Of a DNA stretch of 32,611 nucleotides, positions 17,122 through 26,433 are shown one piece after another. How positions within the stretch are numbered: the stretch's first letter is position 1; each line of letters starts with the position of its first letter. The DNA lies in contig JBGPIW010000001.1 in the NCBI GenBank assembly GCA_041485045.1, positions 1 to 32,611 of the forward strand, written 5' to 3'. The DNA is from Gemmatimonadota bacterium (GTDB lineage: Bacteria; Gemmatimonadota; Gemmatimonadetes; Gemmatimonadales; GWC2-71-9). The notes under the pieces were generated by a model. It searched no databases. It saw nothing but the letters and a program-made list of their open reading frames with translations, and was not told the DNA's origin. Position numbers and translations under genes: made by a program.

Positions 17122-18287
17122 TAGCGCAGCACCTCGGCGAGGCCGGCGAGCAGCCGGTCGGCTTCGGCTGTGCTGAGGGTGAGCGGTGGCATGAGGCGCA
17201 GCACCGTGGGGTCACTGGCGGTACCGGTGAGGATCCGCCGCGCGAAGAGGGCCTGTTGGATGTCGGCCGCCGGCCGGCCGAGGTGGAGTCCCAGGAGCAG
17301 GCCGCGACCGCTGACCCGCGAGACGCCGAGTGCCCGCGCGCCGCGCGTGAGCCGTTCTCCGATGGCAATCGCGTTCGCGATCAGCCCTTCGCCGTCGATC
17401 ACCTCGAGGGTGGCAAGCGCGGCCGCACAGACGACGGGGCCGCCACCGAAGGTGCTGCCCAGATCGCCCGTTTTGACGCCGTCGGCGAGTTTCGGACCCG
17501 CGACCACCGCGCCGATCGGCAACCCCGAGGCGAGCCCTTTGGCGAGCGTCAACGCGTCGGGCACGACCCCGTACGACTCGGCGGCGCTGAACGCGCCGCA
17601 GCGGCCCACGCCGCACTGGATCTCGTCGAAGATCAGGGCGGCGCCGCTGCGGTCGCAGGCGGCGCGCGCGGCGCGCAGGAACTCGGGGGCACAGTCCCGC
17701 GCGCCGGCGAGGCCCTGCACGGGCTCGACGATCACCGCGGCCGTGGTGTCGTCTACGGCGTGCTGCAACGCGGCGGCGTCGTCGAACGGCACCAGACGCG
17801 CGAGCGGCATCCCGGCGCCCCGCGCCCACGCCTGGTACTTCTCGCCGTCGGTGCACGCGAGCGTGGCCACGGTGCGGCCGTGCCAGCCGCCCGCGACGGC
17901 CACGACGCCGGATCGTCCCGTGGCGCGGCGCGCCAAATGCAGCGCGTTTTCGTTCGCTTCCGCTCCGGAATTGCAGAGGAAGACGCGGGCACCAGACAGC
18001 GGGCAGCGTGCCGCCAGCTCGGATGCCAGCCGCTCCCGCAGCTCCAGCGGCACCGCCGCTGAGTAGAAGAGGAGCGTTTCCGCCTGTCGCGCGATCGCCG
18101 CCACGACGTGCGGGTGACAATGTCCGGTGGATGCCACGGCATGACCGCCGTAGGCGTCGAGCCACTCGCGGCCGTCCGCGTCGATAAGCCAGGCGCCGCG
18201 GCCGCTCACGGGGCGCACCGGCATCTGTGCATAGACCGGGAGCAGGGCGTCCGCCGCTCGCTGCGGTGATGTCGTCGCCGTCAGCAT
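17121..18287 (-). CDS. argD: Acyl-ornithine aminotransferase (class III PLP aminotransferase)
   Basis: Class III aminotransferase blocks are present: LDAYGGHAVASTGHCHP, FLCNSGAEANE, LIFDEIQCGVGRCG and PDALTLAKGLASG (PLP lysine). ATG at 18287 overlaps the argC stop. Confidence 0.85.
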   Translation of the reverse strand: MLTATTSPQRAADALLPVYAQMPVRPVSGRGAWLIDADGREWLDAYGGHAVASTGHCHPHVVAAIARQAETLLFYSAAVPLELRERLASELAARCPLSGARVFLCNSGAEANENALHLARRATGRSGVVAVAGGWHGRTVATLACTDGEKYQAWARGAGMPLARLVPFDDAAALQHAVDDTTAAVIVEPVQGLAGARDCAPEFLRAARAACDRSGAALIFDEIQCGVGRCGAFSAAESYGVVPDALTLAKGLASGLPIGAVVAGPKLADGVKTGDLGSTFGGGPVVCAAALATLEVIDGEGLIANAIAIGERLTRGARALGVSRVSGRGLLLGLHLGRPAADIQQALFARRILTGTASDPTVLRLMPPLTLSTAEADRLLAGLAEVLR

Positions 18288-19306
18288 GGGTACATCGCCG
18301 ACAGGCGCAGCCCCGCGGTCTCGTCGAGTCCCAACGCCAGATTCATCGCCTGCACCGCCTGGCCGGCGGCGCCCTTTACCAGGTTGTCGATCGCCACGCT
18401 GACCTGCAGCTCCGTGCCGTCCTCGCTCGCGGCCGCGTGAATCAGCGCGTCATTCGTGCCGACGGCGTGGGTCAATTCGGGCGGTCGGGCGGTCAGGCGG
18501 ACGAACGGGCGCCCCGCATAGGTCGAGCGGTACGAGGCCGCCACATCGCCGCCCTGTTCGAGGCGGGCGTGCAGCGTGAGGTAGATGCCGCGCACGAACG
18601 GGCCCGCGTGGGCCACGAGTCGCGGCACGGTGCCGTTCCCGCCGCCCCCCGTCCAGCGCCGCCACTGCTCGGTGATCTCGGCGTCGTGGCGGTGGCTCAG
18701 CACGCCGTAGGCGAACACGTTGTGGGCGCGCGCCGGGTGATGCGTCGTGGGCTTGGGACCGACGCCGGCGCCCGAGCTGCCGGTGATCGCGTACAGGGCC
18801 GGCGGGGCCGCGAGCGCGACGCGGGCGATCGGATACAGCGCTAGCGCGGCCGCGGTGGCGAAGCAGCCGGGGACCGCGATCGCGTGGGCGCCCTGCAGCG
18901 ACTCTCCGCACACATCCGCCAGCCCATAGACGAAGCGGGACCGGAGGGCGGGCGATGCGTGGGCGCCGTAATAGCGTTCATGCAGGGCAGGGTCGCGTAC
19001 GCGGAAGTCGCCAGCCAGATCCACCACGAGGCGAGGCTCGGCGGCGAAGATCTCCCCGGCCAAGCGGGAGGACTCGCCGTGCTCGAGCGCAAGAAAAACC
19101 GCATCGCACCCGCGCGCCGCCTCGCCTGGGGCGGTGTCCACGAACGCGGCCTCGCTCGAGGCGAGCGCCGGATGCACGTCGGCCAGCGGGCGGCCCGCCT
19201 GGCTGCGGCTCACGGCCACGCATTTCGTCACTTCGGGGTGCTGCGCCAGGAGCCGCAGCAGCTCACCGCCGGCGTAGCCGCCGGCGCCGATGACCGTGAC
19301 CTTCAC
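18281..19306 (-). CDS. argC: N-acyl-gamma-glutamyl-phosphate reductase
   Basis: The N-terminus VKVTVIGAGGYAGGELLRLL is a Rossmann motif, and the active-site Cys block is AIAVPGCFATAA. The GTG start at 19306 overlaps the stop of gene X (GTGA). Confidence 0.9.
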   Translation of the reverse strand: MKVTVIGAGGYAGGELLRLLAQHPEVTKCVAVSRSQAGRPLADVHPALASSEAAFVDTAPGEAARGCDAVFLALEHGESSRLAGEIFAAEPRLVVDLAGDFRVRDPALHERYYGAHASPALRSRFVYGLADVCGESLQGAHAIAVPGCFATAAALALYPIARVALAAPPALYAITGSSGAGVGPKPTTHHPARAHNVFAYGVLSHRHDAEITEQWRRWTGGGGNGTVPRLVAHAGPFVRGIYLTLHARLEQGGDVAASYRSTYAGRPFVRLTARPPELTHAVGTNDALIHAAASEDGTELQVSVAIDNLVKGAAGQAVQAMNLALGLDETAGLRLSAMYPC

Positions 19307-20400
19307 GCCGCCGCGGGGGCGGCAGACCCTGCCGCCCGTTCGGGGGAGACCGCCTCGCGCACCACCCCGACGAGCGCTGGCGCCTCGCGCAGCGCGTTGT
19401 GGGCGGGGAGGCCCAGGGCGGTGCGCACGTACTCGCGGCCGACCTCGTTGTCGGTGGCGGGTCCGCTGATCACCGTGATCGGCAGCCGGTATTCCCGGCG
19501 GTACAGCTCGGCCACGCCCCAGCAGCCGACCGGGTCGGGCGCGCACAGCACATGGGCGCCGGCCACCGCCATCAACTCCGGGTCGCGCAGGATATCCTGC
19601 ACACCGTAGTCGCCCAGGATGCCGTCGCCCAGCTCCGCCACGATCACGTCGGGGCGGCCGCTCGGGAGGGCGGCGAGCCGGTTGAGGATTGCCTTGGCGA
19701 GTGGGACCGTCATCCCCGCGTGCGTGCTGGCCGCGCCGGCGTCGTTGAAGGTGAGGGCGTCGGCCGCGCCTGCGTCGAGCATCGACAGGGCGTCGCGCAT
19801 CAGCGACACGCCGGTGAGCTTCGCCGCGGCCACGCGCATGCCGCTGCGCGACAGCCCGCGCACCAGCTCCGTCGCGGCCACCGTCTTCCCGGCGTTCATG
19901 CAGGTGCCGGCCACGTACACCACCGGCACGATGCAGTCGAGCCGGTCGGCGGGGGGAATCGCGTGGTCGCGGATGTGGGCCGGCCGTCCGACCCGGTCAC
20001 CCAGCTCGGGGAAGGCGAGCACGGCGCCCAGCACCTCCGCCGTGAATGGTGCACCGATCTCAGGGTTCGCCGACGTGCACGTTCCCAGGATGCCGCCCAG
20101 GTTCAGCACGTGAATCACATCGCCCACGGCGATCTGGTCGGGCACGACGCCCGCGTAGCCGCGCAGCGCGCGCCGCGCGCCCAGGGTGCCGGCGAGCACG
20201 TCGCCGGCGCGCAGCGAGAGCATGCGGCCGGTCCTGTCCTCGATCGTGTTGTAGGTGCTCTTGTCCTCGAGAATGCGCACCGCGAGCACGTAGCCTTCCT
20301 CGGCCACGATGGCATCGCCCACGATCACTTCACGGGGGAGCGCGGCATTCTTGGTGCTGCTCGAGATGCGGTCCAGCCGGATCCGCGTGGTCACGACCAT
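19303..20400 (-). CDS. Uncharacterised 365-aa protein with a Walker-A-like loop, embedded in the arginine operon ('gene X')
   Basis: ATG at 20400 is preceded by AGGAG 5 nt upstream and lies 11 nt after the argG stop. The protein runs MVVTTRIRLD...VVYVAGTCMNAGKTVAATELVRGL...KLTGVS...VAELGDGILGDYG. GC3 is high. The track ORF 19303..21726 upstream of 20400 is a shadow of argG. Confidence 0.7.
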   Translation of the reverse strand: MVVTTRIRLDRISSSTKNAALPREVIVGDAIVAEEGYVLAVRILEDKSTYNTIEDRTGRMLSLRAGDVLAGTLGARRALRGYAGVVPDQIAVGDVIHVLNLGGILGTCTSANPEIGAPFTAEVLGAVLAFPELGDRVGRPAHIRDHAIPPADRLDCIVPVVYVAGTCMNAGKTVAATELVRGLSRSGMRVAAAKLTGVSLMRDALSMLDAGAADALTFNDAGAASTHAGMTVPLAKAILNRLAALPSGRPDVIVAELGDGILGDYGVQDILRDPELMAVAGAHVLCAPDPVGCWGVAELYRREYRLPITVISGPATDNEVGREYVRTALGLPAHNALREAPALVGVVREAVSPERAAGSAAPAAA

Positions 20401-20411
20401 GGTGGCTCCTG

Positions 20412-21605
20412 CTAGCGGGCGGCCGCGCGCGCGGCCAAGAGGGACGGGATGGCGGCGACGCGGGCGAACGCTCGCGCCTCGTCCCCGGTCCACAGCCGGG
20501 GCTCCTCGCCGTAGGTGGCGACGGCGGGATCCATCATGGAGAACGGACTGCGGACGCCGGTCACCTGAAACCGTCCCGGCGCCAGGCGGACGCGCGTCTC
20601 GCCCGTGACGCGCTGCTGCGAGCTGGCGATCAGCGCCTCGATGTCGCGCAGCGCCGGATCGAAGTACTGGCCTTCGTGCAGCCGGTCGCCGTAAAAGCGG
20701 CCGAGCTGATCCTTCCAGAACGTCTGCCAGCGCGTGAGCACCAACTTCTCCAGCTCGCGGTGCGCGTGGATCAGCACCAGCGCGGCGCCGGCCTCGAAGC
20801 CGATGCGGCCCTTGATGCCGAGCGCGGTTTCGCCGGTGTGCGTGTGGCGCCCGATCCCGTAACGCTGCGTGAGGGCGCCGAGGCGCTCGACCAAGGCGGG
20901 ACCGGCGAGCGGCGCGCCGTCCAGGGTCGTGGGGAGGCCCAGATCCCAGCCGATCACGATCTCGGCCGGCGCGGGAGCGTCGGACGGCGGGTCGAGCAGC
21001 TCGGCCGGCGGACCGGTCCAGGGGTCGTGGGTCCAGCCGCCGCCCCAGGTCGTGCCCCAGAGCCCGGCGTTGACGGAGTAGGCGCCGGCCTGCGGCGGGA
21101 CGGGGAGCCCGCGCGCTTCGAGCCAGGCGATCGCCTGCGGACGCGTGAGGGTGGCGTCGCGGATGGGGGTCAGGATGCGCAGATCGGGCGCGAGCACCCG
21201 GAGCGCTACGTCGAACCGGACCTGGTCGTTGCCGGCGCCGGTCGAGCCGTGGGCCACGGCGGCCGCGCCGACCTCGCGCGCGACGGCGACGAGGGAGATC
21301 GCCTGCTGGGTCCGCTCGGCGGCGACCGACAGGGGATAGACCTCGCCGCGCAGCACGTTCCCCTGGATGAGGAAGCGGACGAAGCGGTCGAACACCGGCG
21401 CTCGGCCGTCCACGGCGTGGTGGCGGACCGCGCCCACGGCCAGGGCCTGCGCGCGAATGCGTGCGCGGTCGGCGTCCGAGGCCCCGCCGGTATCGACCCA
21501 GACGGTGTGCACCGTCCAGCCGTCGGCGGCGAGCTTGGCGGCGCAGTAGGACGTGTCGAGGCCGCCCGAGAAGGCGAGGACCAGCGGTCCGCTGTCGTTC
21601 TGCAT
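20412..21605 (-). CDS. argG: Argininosuccinate synthase
   Basis: The N-type ATP-pyrophosphatase motif LAFSGGLDTS is present, plus blocks AHGSTGAGNDQVRF and GRIGFEAG. ATG at 21605-21603. Confidence 0.9.
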   Translation of the reverse strand: MQNDSGPLVLAFSGGLDTSYCAAKLAADGWTVHTVWVDTGGASDADRARIRAQALAVGAVRHHAVDGRAPVFDRFVRFLIQGNVLRGEVYPLSVAAERTQQAISLVAVAREVGAAAVAHGSTGAGNDQVRFDVALRVLAPDLRILTPIRDATLTRPQAIAWLEARGLPVPPQAGAYSVNAGLWGTTWGGGWTHDPWTGPPAELLDPPSDAPAPAEIVIGWDLGLPTTLDGAPLAGPALVERLGALTQRYGIGRHTHTGETALGIKGRIGFEAGAALVLIHAHRELEKLVLTRWQTFWKDQLGRFYGDRLHEGQYFDPALRDIEALIASSQQRVTGETRVRLAPGRFQVTGVRSPFSMMDPAVATYGEEPRLWTGDEARAFARVAAIPSLLAARAAAR

Positions 21606-21609
21606 AGTG

Positions 21610-21643
21610 CATAATTATGCGAATCCGCGCGGCGGAAGGCAAG
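21610..21643 (-). promoter_or_regulatory. Putative sigma-70-type promoter of the arg operon (TTGCCT-17-CATAAT) with an overlapping ARG-box-like palindrome GCATAATTATGC
   Basis: On the minus strand the -35 TTGCCT lies at 21643-21638, followed by a 17-nt spacer and the -10 CATAAT at 21620-21615. The perfect 12-bp palindrome GCATAATTATGC at 21610-21621 covers the -10. The argG ATG begins only 9 nt after the -10 hexamer and no SD is visible. Confidence 0.45.
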
Positions 21644-21694
21644 GGGTGGATCGGGGAGGATGGTGGCGGTGGATCTGGAGGGTAGGTTAGCTCG

Positions 21695-22045
21695 ATGACG
21701 AACGACCGCCCCACCGCTCTGGGCAACCTGCAGATCGCCGTGATGGCGTTCGAGCGTCAGCTCGGCGCGCTGGAAGAAGTCCCGTCGTCGGGCTTGGAGG
21801 AGCTGAAGGGGGCGGTGGACGACGTCCGGATGCGGATCTGGAGCGTCCTCATGGCCGCGAATTCGAAGGACTACCGGGGCTTCCTCGAGCGGTTCCGGCT
21901 GCGGCGCGCCGCGGAATCGCTGCAGGCCCTGGCGGCGGACGTGGATGCGGGGGTGCTCCACCTCGGCCACCGCGAGGCGACAGATCTCGCCGACGCGGTG
22001 CAGGAGGTCGAGAAGCGGTTGCGGAAGACTCTCAAAGTGCTGTGA
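21695..22045 (+). CDS. Small conserved hypothetical protein (paralogue B of 8188..8535)
   Basis: 116-aa ORF with GGAGGG about 12 nt upstream of the ATG. It aligns along its whole length with the 8188..8535 product. Confidence 0.6.
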   Translation: MTNDRPTALGNLQIAVMAFERQLGALEEVPSSGLEELKGAVDDVRMRIWSVLMAANSKDYRGFLERFRLRRAAESLQALAADVDAGVLHLGHREATDLADAVQEVEKRLRKTLKVL

Positions 22046-22070
22046 AGGATAGAACCCTTCACCATCCTCC

Positions 22071-23831
22071 CTAGCGCCCCCACATTTTCGGCATCAGCCT
22101 CCACAGCCACACACCGCTCACCACGAACACGGCCAGCCACATGATCGCTTGGGGCGTTCGTCCGTAGAGCGCACTCCCCGTTCCGAACAGTCCGGCATAG
22201 ATGAACGCGCAGCCGAGCACCCACCCGAGCAGTGACTGGGGCAGGCTGTCCGGCGAGGGCGCGAGGCCAGTCTCGCGGCGGATCGACTCCCATCCTGGTC
22301 CGGCTGGTCGCACCAACTTGTAGAACGTGAGCAGCGTTCCCCGATCGGTGGGCGGCGCGAGATAGGCAACCGTAACCCACACCAGCGTGGTGGCGGCGAC
22401 GGTGAGGATGAGGGAGATGTGCCCGGGCACGGGGTGTCCCGCTTTGGCGGCGATCGCGAACCCGATCGCGACCACGAACGAGCTGACCATCGCGGCCACT
22501 TCACTCCAGGCGTTGACGCGCCACCAGAACCAACGCAGCAAATAGATGAGCCCGGTTCCCGCGCCCACTGAAAGGATCAGGTCGAACGCCTGTTTGGCCG
22601 TTCCCAGAGCATAGGTGACGAGCGCCGCGATGACCATCAGCAATGCCGTCGTGGCCCGCCCCACGAACACGTAATGCTTTTCGGTCGCACCCTTGTTCAG
22701 GAAGCGACGGTAGAAGTCGTGGACGAGGTAGGAGGTGCCCCAGTTGAGATGCGTCTCGATCGTCGAGCGATACGAGGCGAGCATTCCGGCGATCATGAAC
22801 CCCAGAAACGGAGCCGGGAGAAACCGATACATCGCCGGGTACGCCATATCGTTGCCGATGAGGCTGCGATCGATATACGGATAGGCGCGTGCGATGTCGG
22901 CGAGCTGCGGGTACACCACCGTGGACGCCAATGCCACCAGGATCCACGGCCACGGCCGCAATGCGTAGTGCATCACATTGAAGATCATGGTGCCGACTAC
23001 GGCATCCTTTTCGGTGCGCGAGGCGAGCATGCGCTGCGCGATGTAGCTCCCTCCGCCGGGCTCCGCCCCGGGATACCAAACCGACCACCACTGGATGGTC
23101 AATGGAATAATCAACACGGAAAGCGCGAGCCCCCAGTCGCCGAAATCGGGGATCAGCCGCAGCTTCTTGGGATCGATCTGGGCGATCAGCCCGGAGATGC
23201 CACCGACTTCCGGTTGTTTCAGGGCGAAGTAGGCGAGCGCGAAGGTCGCCGTCATGGTGATGCCGAATTGGATCGAGTCGGTGACCAGCACGCCCCACAG
23301 ACCGGACACGGACGCGAAGAACACCGTGACAACGCCCATCAACAGCAGCGTCTTCTCCATGGGCCAGCCGAGCACGATGTTGGCGATCTTCGCCGCGGCG
23401 AGGTTTACTGTCGCCATGATTACGCAATTGAAGAACAGGCCGAGGTAGACCGCCCGGAAGCCGCGGACGAAGGTCGCGGCTTTTCCCGAGTAGCGCAGCT
23501 CGTAGAACTCGAGATCGGTCAGCACGCCCGAGCGGCGCCAGAGGCGGGCATAAAAGAACACGGTCAGCATGCCGGTCAGGAGGAACGACCACCACAACCA
23601 GTTCTCCGCCACGCCACTCTCGCGCACCATGTTGGTGACGAGATTCGGGGTGTCGGTCGAGAAGGTCGTGGCCACCATCGACACGCCGACCAGCCACCAA
23701 GGGGCGGCCCGACCCGACGCGAAGAACTCGGTGGTGTTCTTGCTCGCCCGTCGGAAGAAAAAGAGTGCGGGCAAGAACGACACCGCGATCGAGATAACGA
23801 CGACGGTCCAGTCAGCGCTCGTTATGTGCAT
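22071..23831 (-). CDS. Sodium:solute symporter family (SSF) transporter
   Basis: It is a multi-pass hydrophobic protein, and the N-terminal block FFASGRAAPWWLVGVSMVATTFSTDTPNLVT is typical of SSF. ATG at 23831 (MHITSADWTVV...) is preferred over the track start at 23963. Confidence 0.8.
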   Translation of the reverse strand: MHITSADWTVVVISIAVSFLPALFFFRRASKNTTEFFASGRAAPWWLVGVSMVATTFSTDTPNLVTNMVRESGVAENWLWWSFLLTGMLTVFFYARLWRRSGVLTDLEFYELRYSGKAATFVRGFRAVYLGLFFNCVIMATVNLAAAKIANIVLGWPMEKTLLLMGVVTVFFASVSGLWGVLVTDSIQFGITMTATFALAYFALKQPEVGGISGLIAQIDPKKLRLIPDFGDWGLALSVLIIPLTIQWWSVWYPGAEPGGGSYIAQRMLASRTEKDAVVGTMIFNVMHYALRPWPWILVALASTVVYPQLADIARAYPYIDRSLIGNDMAYPAMYRFLPAPFLGFMIAGMLASYRSTIETHLNWGTSYLVHDFYRRFLNKGATEKHYVFVGRATTALLMVIAALVTYALGTAKQAFDLILSVGAGTGLIYLLRWFWWRVNAWSEVAAMVSSFVVAIGFAIAAKAGHPVPGHISLILTVAATTLVWVTVAYLAPPTDRGTLLTFYKLVRPAGPGWESIRRETGLAPSPDSLPQSLLGWVLGCAFIYAGLFGTGSALYGRTPQAIMWLAVFVVSGVWLWRLMPKMWGR

Positions 23832-23914
23832 GGGAGCTCGGAGTCCGGAGTGGAAACGGGTTGCGCTAAGATAGGGACGGGCGAGGATGCCGCAACAGAC
23901 CTTATATTCACCCG

Positions 23915-25951
23915 ATGCGCGCATCGGCCTCCTACCCAATCGTCCTCGCCTGTCTCGCCGCACGGCTCTCCGCCCAGCAGCCGGCCACCCTCAACTTGAT
24001 GCCGGTTCCAAAGGCGGTCACCCTCGGGGAGGGGCGCCTGCGGCTCGACTCGAGCTTCACCGCCACCCTCACGAGGTTCCACGACGCCCGGCTCGAACGG
24101 GCGGTGGCGCGCACGATGGGGCGGCTCGCCCGCCGCACGGCGCTCACCCTCGTGCCCACTCCGGTGCCAGACTCCACCGCGCGGCTTGCAATCACCACCG
24201 CGGCTGCGGGGCAGGTCGTCCAGACCGAAACCGAGGACGAGTCGTACACGCTGGACGTGGCCCCGACGGGAGCGTTGTTGGCCGCCCCGACGGTTGTTGG
24301 CGCTCTCCGCGGTCTCGAGACGCTGCTGCAGCTCGTCGCGTCGGACAGCGCGGGGTTCTACCTCCCGGGGGTCCACATCGAGGACGCACCGCGCTTCCCA
24401 TGGCGCGGGCTGCTGGTGGACGCCGGCCGTCACTTCGAGCCGGTCGAGGTGATCGAGCGCACGCTCGACGGCATGGCCGCGGTGAAGCTGAACGTGCTGC
24501 ACTGGCACCTGTCGGAGGACCAGGGGTTCCGCGTCGAAAGTCTGCGCTATCCTCTGCTTCAAAAGAAGGGCTCGGACGGGCTCTATTATACGCAGGCGCA
24601 GATCCGCGAAGTGGTGGCCTACGCGCGCGATCGCGGCATCCGCGTCGTGCCCGAGTTCGACATGCCGGGCCATGCGTCGTCCTGGTTCGTCGGGTACCCG
24701 CGTTTCGCCAGCGGCTCCGGCCCGTACGAAATCCAGCGGACCTGGGGGGTGTTCGACCCGACTTTCGACCCGACCCGCGAATCGGTCTACGCCTTCATCG
24801 ACCGCTTCATCGGGGAGATGGCCCCGCTCTTCCCCGACCCCTACTGGCACATCGGCGGCGACGAGGTGAACGGCGTGGAATGGGACGCCAACCCCCGCAT
24901 CCGGTCGTTCATGCGGCTGCACCACCTGGCCGACAACGCGGCGCTGCAGGCGTACTTCAATCAGCGGCTGACGCGCATCCTGACGCTGCGCGGCAAGCGG
25001 CTGGTGGGCTGGGACGAGATACTGAACCCGGACCTTCCCGCGACGGCCGTCGTGCAGTCGTGGCGCGGGCTCCAATACCTCCCCTCCACCGTGCGGGCGG
25101 GGCACCGCGCGATCCTCTCGGCGCCGTACTACCTCGACCACATGGACTCCGCCGAGGACCACTATCTGGACCCGCTGCCCGACTCGCTCGGCCTATCCCC
25201 GGAAGATGCGGCGCGGGTCCTCGGGGGCGAGGCGTGCATGTGGGGGGAGCACGTCGGACCCGAGACGATCGACTCGCGGATCTGGCCGCGGCTCGCGGCG
25301 GTGGCGGAGAAGTTGTGGTCGCCCGCAGCGGTGCGCGACGTCCACGACATGTACCGGCGCCTCGCCGTGACGAGCCTGCGTCTGGAGGAGCTGGGGCTGT
25401 CGCACACGCTGCACACCGAGCGCATGGTGCGGCGCGCCATCGGCAACGGCCCGGATTTCCAGGTCCTGATGGCCCTGCTCGAGGTGTCGCAGCCCGTGAG
25501 GTTCGGCCAGCGCCAGCGGCTCGAGCCGATGACGCAGGCCACCCCGTTGACGCGGTTGGTGGATGCCGCGCGACCCGATCCGCCGGCCCGCTGGAGCTCA
25601 CTCACCTTCATCGAGCGGCTCCTGGCCGACAGCGGCCGCACACCGGCGATCGCAGACACGCTGCGCGCTGAATTCCAGCAGTGGCGGGCGTTGGCGCCGG
25701 CGGTCCATGCCGCGGCCGTGCGCGCCCCGTTGGCGGGGGACGCTGTGCCCGCCGCGGAGGCTCTGGGACGGGTGGCGGATATCGGGTTGGCCGCCCTCGA
25801 TCGCGTGCAGGGACGCACGCCCGCGACCGCGGCGTGGCAGGACTCCGCCCGCGCGGTGCTCGACAGCGCGACCGGACCGCAGGGCCTGCTGCGCCTCGTG
25901 GTGGTGGACGCCGTGCGGTGGTTGGTGGAGGTCGCGCCGGTCAGGCGCTAA
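23915..25951 (+). CDS. Beta-N-acetylhexosaminidase (GH20), secreted
   Basis: The signal peptide is MRASASYPIVLACLAARLSA|QQ. GH20 catalytic blocks are present: IEDAPRFPWRGLLVDAGRHF, LNVLHWHLSEDQGFR, VVPEFDMPGHA and HIGGDEV. Confidence 0.85.
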   Translation: MRASASYPIVLACLAARLSAQQPATLNLMPVPKAVTLGEGRLRLDSSFTATLTRFHDARLERAVARTMGRLARRTALTLVPTPVPDSTARLAITTAAAGQVVQTETEDESYTLDVAPTGALLAAPTVVGALRGLETLLQLVASDSAGFYLPGVHIEDAPRFPWRGLLVDAGRHFEPVEVIERTLDGMAAVKLNVLHWHLSEDQGFRVESLRYPLLQKKGSDGLYYTQAQIREVVAYARDRGIRVVPEFDMPGHASSWFVGYPRFASGSGPYEIQRTWGVFDPTFDPTRESVYAFIDRFIGEMAPLFPDPYWHIGGDEVNGVEWDANPRIRSFMRLHHLADNAALQAYFNQRLTRILTLRGKRLVGWDEILNPDLPATAVVQSWRGLQYLPSTVRAGHRAILSAPYYLDHMDSAEDHYLDPLPDSLGLSPEDAARVLGGEACMWGEHVGPETIDSRIWPRLAAVAEKLWSPAAVRDVHDMYRRLAVTSLRLEELGLSHTLHTERMVRRAIGNGPDFQVLMALLEVSQPVRFGQRQRLEPMTQATPLTRLVDAARPDPPARWSSLTFIERLLADSGRTPAIADTLRAEFQQWRALAPAVHAAAVRAPLAGDAVPAAEALGRVADIGLAALDRVQGRTPATAAWQDSARAVLDSATGPQGLLRLVVVDAVRWLVEVAPVRR

Positions 25952-26433
25952 TCGCGGAGTCTCGCCTACGGATATCCGCCTGAGAACTCCAAGGAGGCGT
26001 GACCAAAGGGTACGCGGCCGACCCTGCCGCTTCCCCCTCTCCGCCACGAACCTTGTGGAGTTCGCAGGCCCGTCGGGCAAACATCAGGGCAAAACCCCTT
26101 GAAAGTCCCGTGCCATGGTAGGTTAGGCGTGCGCCGCGGACCTTCAATCCGCGGTCCGCCACGAGCCGAAATTCAGGCGGCAATGCGCATACCCAAGAAG
26201 TCATCGTCTTCGTTTATCCCGAGGAGCGCTCGCACCTACGAATGACCCTTGAGCCTAGGGAGTCTTTGAGCACAAATGGCGCGCTGATCTCACTGGTTCT
26301 AGGCGTGAGTTGTTCGCTCACTTTTGGGGGGAATTAGCCGCCACGCGCCTAGCCACGGGTGGCTCTTCCGCACACACTTGGAAAATCCTGTCGGGTGATC
26401 TTCTCTTCAGGTACACTCGGGTGTTCGGGATAG

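Noticed and set aside
12960-21614. Many long alternative-frame or antisense ORFs across the arginine operon (e.g. 12960..14087, 13921..15249, 14894..16384, 16153..17124, 17212..18165, 19399..20415, 20046..21614, and N-terminal extensions of the track ORFs 15173..16600, 18281..19546, 19303..21726)
   Set aside because: Each overlaps an arg gene with unambiguous family motifs. The extensions run through the preceding gene out of frame and vanish once the coupled GTG/ATG/TTG starts are used. All are high-GC shadow frames.
22674-25671. Long ORFs 22674..23999 (+), 23822..25162 (-) and 23887..25671 (+)
   Set aside because: They are antisense or out of frame to the SSF transporter and the GH20 hexosaminidase. 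They have low-complexity R/G/A/P translations.
26134-26154. Anticodon-arm-like hairpin (7-bp stem, 7-nt loop CCTTCAA) that briefly suggested a tRNA or tRNA-like integration site
   Set aside because: The flanks contain no D-arm, no T-arm (no GTTCRANYC-type loop) and no acceptor pairing. Loop position 33 is C rather than U.
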